Source: Candidatus Woesearchaeota archaeon
Lineage (GTDB): Archaea > Nanobdellota > Nanobdellia > SCGC-AAA011-G17 > GW2011-AR18
Assembly: GCA_018302765.1 (NCBI GenBank)
Contig: JAGVZG010000012.1
Location: 1-22,087 of the forward strand
DNA length: 22,087 nt
Direction: 5' to 3'
Positions 8,250 through 15,035 of this stretch are shown here, one piece after another. The position numbers and the translations under genes are program-made. The notes beneath the pieces are model-generated. The model saw nothing but the letters and a program-made list of their open reading frames with translations, had not been told where the DNA came from and ran no database searches. Each line of letters begins with the position of its first letter. The stretch's first letter is position 1.

Positions 8250-9431
8250 ATGTTTGACAAAATACTTAAAAATATAAAACCAACAAAAAAAGAAGAGGAA
8301 GAAGTACAGAAAAAAGTAGATCTATTCCTTAAAAAAATAAATAGCAAATTACTAAATGCTAATGCAATAGTTTGTGGAAGTTTTGCAAAAGGAACATGGT
8401 TAAGAAATCAGCATGATATTGACATTTTTGTTTTATTTGAAAATAATAAGAATATATCAACAAGACTAGAAGTAGTAATTAAAGCTGCCTTTGAAAAATA
8501 TGAAAAAATACACGGAAGTAGGGATTACTTCATAGTAGACTATGAAAATCTAAGTTTTGAATTAGTACCAGTATTAAAAATAGATCAACCTGAACAAGCA
8601 GAAAACATCACAGACGTTACACCTATGCATGTTGAATGGGTAAAAAAATATATAGACAATAAATTAAAAGATGAAATAAGACTAGCAAAACGCCTTCTAA
8701 AAGCCAATAACTGCTACGGTGCAGAAACATATATTGGAGGATTCTCAGGTTATCTGGTAGAAATATTAGTAATTTACTTTAAGGATTTGTTAAATTTAAT
8801 AAAAAATGCAGCAAATTGGAAGTACGGAGAAATAATAGACATAGAAAGAAATAATAAATTTTCTAGTGAACAAAAATTTCCTCTTACTGTAATAGACCCA
8901 GTACAGCCCAATAGAAATGTATCAGCAGCAGTTACAGAAGAAAAATTCAATTTATTTACAGAACTGTGCAAAAATTTCAGCAAAAAACCAAGTACAAAAT
9001 TCTTCAAAGAAACTAAAATAAGCCTAAAAGACTATAATTTGATATTTAAAGTACAGCCATTAAAAGGAAACAGAGATGTAGTAGGAACTAAGATGCTAAA
9101 AGTATTTGAAAATATAAAACAAGAATTGATTGTAAATGGATTTGAGGTCGTAAAAGCAATATGGGAATGGAAAGATCTTGGCTATTTTTACTTTAAAGTT
9201 AAAAGAAAAAGATTAGAAAAAGAAATAAAACATTTTGGTCCGCCTATTAGATTTAAAGAAGACTGTGAAAAATTCAAAATTAAATATAAAGACCTAGAAA
9301 TTAAAAATGAAAATGATAAATTATATATTATGCTTCCCAGAAAATTTGTTAAACTAGAAGAAATTATTAAACATGTATTAAACAAAGAAGAAATAAAAAA
9401 CCGTGTTTATTCATTGATACAAATTAAATAA
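8250..9431 (+). CDS. cca: Archaeal (class I) CCA-adding tRNA nucleotidyltransferase
   Basis: GSFAKGTWL...DIDIF nucleotidyltransferase signature, ELVP, DVTPMH, YGAETYIGGFSGYLVEIL, VIDPVQPNRNVSAA and HFGPP. Confidence 0.93.
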   Translation: MFDKILKNIKPTKKEEEEVQKKVDLFLKKINSKLLNANAIVCGSFAKGTWLRNQHDIDIFVLFENNKNISTRLEVVIKAAFEKYEKIHGSRDYFIVDYENLSFELVPVLKIDQPEQAENITDVTPMHVEWVKKYIDNKLKDEIRLAKRLLKANNCYGAETYIGGFSGYLVEILVIYFKDLLNLIKNAANWKYGEIIDIERNNKFSSEQKFPLTVIDPVQPNRNVSAAVTEEKFNLFTELCKNFSKKPSTKFFKETKISLKDYNLIFKVQPLKGNRDVVGTKMLKVFENIKQELIVNGFEVVKAIWEWKDLGYFYFKVKRKRLEKEIKHFGPPIRFKEDCEKFKIKYKDLEIKNENDKLYIMLPRKFVKLEEIIKHVLNKEEIKNRVYSLIQIK

Positions 9432-9454
9432 AACAAAAACATTTTTAAATATGT

Positions 9455-9487
9455 ATGGAAGTAAAAATATAATGGAAGTAAAAATAT
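9455..9487 (+). repeat. Perfect 16-nt tandem duplication (17-nt period) spanning a start codon
   Basis: ATGGAAGTAAAAATAT at 9455-9470 and again at 9472-9487, separated by one A. Confidence 0.9.
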
Positions 9488-9747
9488 CATTTGACACAGA
9501 AAAAGAGGATATTGATGATCTTAAAAGATTAATTATTGCATTGCAGGACTTAGTTAATAAAAGAGAAAAAGCTAATTCATTAGGAAACCCTCTAGCAACA
9601 TCATCTATTATAAAACCATCGCAGATTAGGGTAGAAACACAAGTACAACAAGCGTCAGCAGGAGGACAAACTACAGGTGGTGGAAGAGTTATTCCATACG
9701 AAGACATGTCTGGAGTGTTGTCAAAAATAGTTTCTGGTAAATACTAA
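9472..9747 (+). CDS. Small hypothetical protein (MEVKISFDTEKEDIDDL...)
   Basis: Start at 9472 preferred because it is about 22 nt after TTTTAAAT at 9443-9450; the track's ATG at 9451 is in frame. The stop overlaps the next ATG (TAATG). N-terminal helix, low-complexity Q/T/G linker, C-terminal GRVIPYEDMS. Confidence 0.7.
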   Translation: MEVKISFDTEKEDIDDLKRLIIALQDLVNKREKANSLGNPLATSSIIKPSQIRVETQVQQASAGGQTTGGGRVIPYEDMSGVLSKIVSGKY

Positions 9748-10295
9748 TGGTAAAAAAGAAGAAAAACATAGGAAACATAATAATACTTATAGTCATTATA
9801 ATAATCATAGCTATACTGATATATTCTGTAGTGTCATTTAAAAAATCCGTTGGGGAAAAAGGAGAAAATTTTGTAATTTGTGATAAAGAGAATAACTGTC
9901 TTATAGCAATGCATATACACACAGAAGTTGATATAAAGGTATGTGGCAAAGAAATCAAAATTCCTCTAGAAGCTGGTGATAAAACAGGAACGCATACTCA
10001 TAAAGAAAGAAATCTCCTGCATTTTGAAGAGAGATTAAAGTATGACAATAAAACACAAACAATTATCGAAACAGAACCAATTACTTTGAAAAATTTCTTT
10101 AATCATAAAGATGTAAAAATAATATTCAATAACACATGCATAGCAGATAAATGCAATGGTGATTTATGTAATGGTAAAGAAAGAATTTTATACTTTAGAG
10201 TAAATGATAAACAGAACCATGAATTTGAAAACTATGTTTGGAAGGATGGAGACAAAATAAAAATAATTTTTGATCAACCTTTTCCTGAACAATAA
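9747..10295 (+). CDS. Membrane-anchored hypothetical protein with His motifs (probable extracellular metal-binding domain)
   Basis: Basic N-terminus KKKKN plus a long hydrophobic helix; MHIH, THTH and LLHFE motifs; several Cys. Confidence 0.7.
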   Translation: MVKKKKNIGNIIILIVIIIIIAILIYSVVSFKKSVGEKGENFVICDKENNCLIAMHIHTEVDIKVCGKEIKIPLEAGDKTGTHTHKERNLLHFEERLKYDNKTQTIIETEPITLKNFFNHKDVKIIFNNTCIADKCNGDLCNGKERILYFRVNDKQNHEFENYVWKDGDKIKIIFDQPFPEQ

Positions 10296-10329
10296 AGATG
10301 TTTATTCATAAATGAATGAGGAGAGAAAA

Positions 10330-10470
10330 ATGGCCAAAAATGTATGTACAGTATGCAAAAAACTTCTAAAATCAAAAACAATAACGTTTGAAGGAAAAAA
10401 ATTTTGCTGTCAGGAATGCTGCGGCAAATTTAAAGATTCAAAGAAGAAAAAAGTGTGTGAATTTTGCTAA
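10330..10470 (+). CDS. 46-aa Cys-rich TRASH/YHS-like metal-binding protein (not in the ORF track)
   Basis: MAKNVCTVCKKLLKSKTITFEGKKFCCQECCGKFKDSKKKKVCEFC*. SD GAGGAG at 10318-10323; the TAA abuts the ATG of the next gene. An in-frame ATG at 10312 is an alternative start. Confidence 0.75.
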   Translation: MAKNVCTVCKKLLKSKTITFEGKKFCCQECCGKFKDSKKKKVCEFC

Positions 10471-11157
10471 ATGCCAGAAATAAACCTACCAATAGTAATA
10501 GGAGCATCTTTAATAGACAGTATTAACCCTTGCGCATTCGGCGTATTAATATTTCTATTAACGTATCTAGCAGCATCTGTAAGAAGAAAAATTCATATGC
10601 TTATTAATGGTTTAATATATATATTTGGAGTTTTCATAACGTATTTTGCTGCAGGATTATTATTGCTTCCAATAATACAAGAACTCGGTGCATTTTCTGT
10701 AGCATCTTATCTAGTAATAGCAGCAATAGTGATCATAGCTGGCTTGCTGGAAATAAAAGATTTCTTTATGTATGGAAAAGGATTTTCTCTATCTATATTC
10801 CCATCAGAAGCTGAGAGAATTAAAAAATATGTAAAAAGAGTAAGTGGAAAAAAATTAACAGCTTTCTTATTGGGATGTTTTGTCGCAATAGTGGAACTTC
10901 CATGTACTGGAGCAGTTTACCTGGCAGTGTTGGCATTAATGTCATTATCAGGAATCACAATGTCAAATATATCGTTCCTTGTAATTTATAATGTAATATT
11001 TGTACTTCCACTACTTATAATTTTATACATTGTATATAAAGGAATATCAACAGAAAAACTAGAAAACTGGAGGCAAAAACATAAAGGGCTTATGAGATTG
11101 TCTATTGGTTTGATTCTGATAAGTCTTGGAATATGGATGGTATATACAGTAATATAA
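10471..11157 (+). CDS. CcdA/DsbD-like transmembrane thiol-disulfide transfer protein
   Basis: About six hydrophobic segments with the two membrane Cys-Pro motifs DSINPCAF and ELPCTGAVY. Confidence 0.8.
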   Translation: MPEINLPIVIGASLIDSINPCAFGVLIFLLTYLAASVRRKIHMLINGLIYIFGVFITYFAAGLLLLPIIQELGAFSVASYLVIAAIVIIAGLLEIKDFFMYGKGFSLSIFPSEAERIKKYVKRVSGKKLTAFLLGCFVAIVELPCTGAVYLAVLALMSLSGITMSNISFLVIYNVIFVLPLLIILYIVYKGISTEKLENWRQKHKGLMRLSIGLILISLGIWMVYTVI

Positions 11158-11226
11158 AATAAATACTTAAGAATAATAATTCTAATTCAACTATTTTTAT
11201 AAGGGAATAATCACTTAATTGTATTA

Positions 11227-12075
11227 ATGAGAGACACTAGATTAAGATTTATCCAAGGTGGACTTGGTGAAGAACCTAGGGAATTTAAAGATCTAAAAGA
11301 TTTTATTCTTAGAAAAAATATAGAAACATCTTACTATAAAACAGCTACTAACATTTTAGAAGAAATTCTGTTTATGTTAGAACAAGTGCCAAACGTCCTG
11401 GAAACTTTGCTTTTATTAAGATATGAAACTAAAAAAACAAGTCTAGATGAACTAATTAATGAATATACAGCTAAATCTCAAACAGGCAGAATTATCATAA
11501 CTGGCCATAGTTTAGGAGGTTTGCACGGAAGATCATATGCACAAAGACATCCAGAAAAAGTTAGTAAATGTATAACAATTGCTACTCCTCATTACGGAAC
11601 GCCAGCAGCTCCATTCGGCAAAATGTTAAAACCATTAGGTGTAGAAACATCAAGCATCAAACAAATGTATATAAATAGCACATTAACAAAAAAACTAAAT
11701 GAAGATCTTAAAACAAGAAGAGAAGAATTCAGAAGAAGAGGAACAAGTTTTGTTAATATCTGGGGTAAACTAGACCTCTTCGCGCCATACCCTCATTCAA
11801 AACTTGAAGATCCTGACAAAGAATATGACCTTAATAACCATGGTCACGTAAGTATTGTTAATAGTGAAGAAACCGCAAAAATATTAGAATATGAAGTTAA
11901 AGAAACATGGGAAAAAACAGGAAAACCATGCCCAGTAGTTTTACTGCATGGATTCTGTTTAAACGAAAAAACATTCAACAGATTATTAGGAAGATTAAAA
12001 ATAAATTGCAACGACATTGCTACAAAAACATATACTGTAAATTATGATTACACAAAAGAAATTATCTCAGTCTAA
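11227..12075 (+). CDS. Alpha/beta-hydrolase (lipase/esterase-like), circularly permuted
   Basis: GHSLGG (Ser95), ITIATPHYGTP, WGKLD and GH triad elements are in normal order, but the oxyanion strand PVVLLHGF lies at residues 236-243 instead of the N-terminus. Confidence 0.8.
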   Translation: MRDTRLRFIQGGLGEEPREFKDLKDFILRKNIETSYYKTATNILEEILFMLEQVPNVLETLLLLRYETKKTSLDELINEYTAKSQTGRIIITGHSLGGLHGRSYAQRHPEKVSKCITIATPHYGTPAAPFGKMLKPLGVETSSIKQMYINSTLTKKLNEDLKTRREEFRRRGTSFVNIWGKLDLFAPYPHSKLEDPDKEYDLNNHGHVSIVNSEETAKILEYEVKETWEKTGKPCPVVLLHGFCLNEKTFNRLLGRLKINCNDIATKTYTVNYDYTKEIISV

Positions 12076-13966
12076 TAGTCTCTAAATTCTTAGGAGCAAC
12101 AGTCTCTACTCTATACTGTTGATAAAGAACGCTTGCTAATTCTATGCACCTACTGTAATCTCCATGAATTGTAATAATTTTTTTAGGTTTAGGTTCAAGA
12201 CTGCCAACCCAGCCAACCAGCTGCTTAAAATTACTATGTCCTGAAAAACCTTTGATTGTATAAATTCTCATTAAGACTTTTATTGTCTCAGGCCTTTTGC
12301 TGCCCCCAGATATAAAACTAAGTTCTCTTTCTCCTTCTTCAATCCTTCTTCCTACACTACCTATACCTTGATAGCAAGTAAATATCAATGTATTTTTAGA
12401 ATTCTCAGCAAAATGTTTAAAATACTCTAAAGCAGGCCCACCTTGAAGCATGCCACTTGTAGCCATAACAATATAAGGACCTTTTCCATCCTTCACTTCC
12501 TGCATCTCTTTCTGAGAAACAATTTTTTTAAATATAGTACTTAAAAATGGATTATGATCTTTTTGAAATATGTCTCTTTTTACTCTAGGACTTAAAAAAT
12601 CAGGATAAGCTGTATGTATCGCAGTAACATCCCATATCATACCTTGAATATAAATCGGCATCTCAGGTATTCTTCCTTCTCTCATTGCCCTTTCAAGTAT
12701 TAACATTATCTCCTGGCTTCTGCCTACCCCAAGAACAGGCATCAAAACCTTTCCTTTTTCCTCAGCTGTTTCATTTATTACTTTAATTAATTCTTCCTCG
12801 CTTTCTCTTCTGCTTGGGCTAGTGTCACTTCTGGTACCATAAGTACTTTCCATCATTACACTTTCTATTCTAGGATATCTAGTAGCTGCAGGTCCAAGCA
12901 AATTGCTCATCTCATAATTAAAATCGCTCGTGTACAAAAAATTGTGCAAACCATTCCCAATATGCATATGAGCAATAGCACTTCCTAAAGTGTGTCCTGC
13001 ATTATACAAAGTTAACCTGATATCAGGAGTTATGTCACTTACTTCTTCATAATCCAAGCATACAGAGTGCTTCACAAATTCTTTTACATCATTTACTGTA
13101 TAAGGAGGATCTGTTCCCTCTTTCTGTGCAATTTCTATAAGATCCAAACACATTAAAGCAGTTATATCCCTACACGGAGCTGTTGCATAAGTAGGCCCTC
13201 TAAATCCCATCTTATAAAGAAAAGGAAGTGCGCCACAGTGATCTATGTGTGAATGACAAAGTATCACAGCATCTAATTCCTGTATATTAAACTCAGGAAC
13301 GTCTAAATAAGGAAAAGCACTATCTCTGGGTGCAGCAACATTAAATCCGCAATCAAGCAAGACTTTGCTCTCAGGAGTCTGCAATAAAAAACAGCTTCTT
13401 CCAACTTCTCTGGCACTGCCTAAACAAGTTAATCTAACCCATTCGTCTCTTCTTTCCTTAGTCCAGCCTTCATAAATTCTCTTGCCAATCTTATGCAAAA
13501 ATTTTCTTCTATAGTCACTAAAATCATAAAGAACTTGTCTTATATTCTCTATAAGCTGAGACCTCATAGGTGGGATTCTTCTCACTATTGGTGTCCATAG
13601 TGTCTCTTTTTTTATTTCCTTTAATAAATCTCCACCTTTGCCTATTGCTAAGCCTGGCTTCTCAGATTCTATAATAACTCTGCTTCTCTGCGTATCAAAT
13701 ATAATATTTAATTTGCCTTTTTCCTCAGGCATTAACTTCTCGATAAAACTCTTTGTATCTTCTAAATCTAAAACCATAGAAGGATCAGCTCTAAGCTCAA
13801 CTCTCTTCTTTATACTGTCAACAATCTTTTTAATTACTCCCTTATTGTCTAATAAAAATTCCTTGTTTTTTGTGTATAAAACAATATTAGATCCCTCAAA
13901 TAAAGCCTCAGATATATTTGCATCTGTAGGCAGTTCCTTCATTACTTCATCTAAAATTTTTACCAT
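12062..13966 (-). CDS. fttA: aCPSF1 / FttA, KH-domain beta-CASP ribonuclease and transcription termination factor
   Basis: N-terminal KH region (KPGLAIGKGG), GSAREVGRSC, HSHIDH, AGHTLGS, MESTYG, GRSQE, TSGMLQGG, FSGH, HGD and APKNLETIRL; 634 aa; downstream of psmB as in many archaea. Confidence 0.95.
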   Translation of the reverse strand: MVKILDEVMKELPTDANISEALFEGSNIVLYTKNKEFLLDNKGVIKKIVDSIKKRVELRADPSMVLDLEDTKSFIEKLMPEEKGKLNIIFDTQRSRVIIESEKPGLAIGKGGDLLKEIKKETLWTPIVRRIPPMRSQLIENIRQVLYDFSDYRRKFLHKIGKRIYEGWTKERRDEWVRLTCLGSAREVGRSCFLLQTPESKVLLDCGFNVAAPRDSAFPYLDVPEFNIQELDAVILCHSHIDHCGALPFLYKMGFRGPTYATAPCRDITALMCLDLIEIAQKEGTDPPYTVNDVKEFVKHSVCLDYEEVSDITPDIRLTLYNAGHTLGSAIAHMHIGNGLHNFLYTSDFNYEMSNLLGPAATRYPRIESVMMESTYGTRSDTSPSRRESEEELIKVINETAEEKGKVLMPVLGVGRSQEIMLILERAMREGRIPEMPIYIQGMIWDVTAIHTAYPDFLSPRVKRDIFQKDHNPFLSTIFKKIVSQKEMQEVKDGKGPYIVMATSGMLQGGPALEYFKHFAENSKNTLIFTCYQGIGSVGRRIEEGERELSFISGGSKRPETIKVLMRIYTIKGFSGHSNFKQLVGWVGSLEPKPKKIITIHGDYSRCIELASVLYQQYRVETVAPKNLETIRLR

Positions 13967-14005
13967 TGTTTCTTTACTCTAGAAAATTAAAAATATGAAA
14001 CAAAC

Positions 14006-14653
14006 CTACATGGTTAGTTTAGTGTCTAACTGTTTGAAAAATGCTTTCTTAGTGCCTTCTTTTGTTATAGTTATAACATCGCACCCTGCACCGCTAGCTG
14101 TGTCTCTCTGAATAGCTGCGTTTAAAGCGCTTACTACAAGTTTAATGCCATCATCAACACTCATATTTTCTTTATATCCAGCCTCTAAAACGCCAGTTGC
14201 AAAAAACATACCAGAACCATCAGCTGTATAATCATCAAATTTAGAAAGCGCTCCATCCATCCCAATCTCATAAAGATGGAACCCAGAAATGTCTCTTCCC
14301 CCAAACAAGAAGCCAGTAATTCCTTCTATTGTGCTAAACTTCCTTACATTACTATAAACTAAATTAGCTAGCATATTAGCAGCCTCTTTAGTATTAACTT
14401 TTTTGTTTTTCCTAAGTTCATCCAATTTCATCTGTGCTTTAAACAATTTAGTTAGTAATTGAATATCAGAAAGCAAACCAGCAACAGTAATTGCAAAATC
14501 ATCAGTTAAAATTATTACTTTTTCAAATTTCTTATTGGAAACTATCTGGCCACCCATAGTAATCTTTCTATCTGCGCCAAGAACTACTCCATCTTTGCAA
14601 ACAACGCCCACAGTTGTCGTTCCTGTTTTATGTAATTTATGTTCATCAACCAT
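14006..14653 (-). CDS. psmB: 20S proteasome beta subunit
   Basis: 11-aa propeptide ending in G then TTTVG (catalytic Thr1); GADRKIT, GSG and RDTASG motifs. Confidence 0.96.
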   Translation of the reverse strand: MVDEHKLHKTGTTTVGVVCKDGVVLGADRKITMGGQIVSNKKFEKVIILTDDFAITVAGLLSDIQLLTKLFKAQMKLDELRKNKKVNTKEAANMLANLVYSNVRKFSTIEGITGFLFGGRDISGFHLYEIGMDGALSKFDDYTADGSGMFFATGVLEAGYKENMSVDDGIKLVVSALNAAIQRDTASGAGCDVITITKEGTKKAFFKQLDTKLTM

Positions 14654-14656
14654 TTA

Positions 14657-14704
14657 ATCACCCAGAAACCATCTTTATTGTACTACAACCATCTTATTTA
14701 TATA
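14657..14704 (-). promoter_or_regulatory. psmB promoter: TATA box and SD
   Basis: TATATAAA at 14697-14704 and GGTGAT at 14657-14662, just upstream of the ATG. Confidence 0.6.
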
Positions 14705-14822
14705 GCTTACGATTCATGCCTAGTAAATTTTATTATTAAAGTTGTGCCTTACTTCATACAAAAACAGACAAACAATTGAGAGCGTAGAAAAGCACAAAAC
14801 TGCTAAATTAATAAGTATTATA

Positions 14823-14860
14823 ATTACTTACTAGTAGTAATAAATAATAAGATTTATAAA
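14823..14860 (+). promoter_or_regulatory. Palindromic operator plus TATA box of the RHH-GHKL operon
   Basis: ATTACT-TACT-AGTAGT (14823-14838), a 14-nt A-rich spacer, TTTATAAA (14853-14860), then 25 nt to ATG 14886. Confidence 0.55.
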
Positions 14861-14885
14861 GGATTACTTCTTGCTACTTTTTACC

Positions 14886-15035
14886 ATGAAAGTAAAAGTT
14901 TCAATATCCATAAAAGAAAGTACTTTAAAAGAAGTTAAAAAGACCTTAAAGAATTCTGTTTATAGAAACAAAAGTCATTTTATTGAATTCGCAACAGAAA
15001 AACTTCTGAAAGAAGGTAAAAATGACAGAAATTAA
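14886..15035 (+). CDS. Ribbon-helix-helix (CopG/Arc/MetJ) DNA-binding protein, 49 aa (not in the ORF track)
   Basis: MKVKVSISIKESTLKEVKKTLKNSVYRNKSHFIEFATEKLLKEGKNDRN*: alternating beta-ribbon KVSISI, helix A, turn RNKS and helix B 'SHFIEFATEKLL'. TATA box 25 nt upstream; overlaps the next start by 14 nt. Confidence 0.8.
   Translation: MKVKVSISIKESTLKEVKKTLKNSVYRNKSHFIEFATEKLLKEGKNDRN

Noticed and set aside
8774-9958. Minus-strand ORFs 8774-9007, 9188-9385, 9411-9707 and 9689-9958
   Set aside because: Antisense shadows of cca and the following operon.
13638-13982. Plus-strand 114-aa ORF
   Set aside because: Antisense to aCPSF1.
14720-14832. Hydrophobic 35-codon open frame on the minus strand upstream of psmB
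   Set aside because: No ATG or SD, bounded by a nearby stop; hydrophobicity is expected from a T-rich strand.
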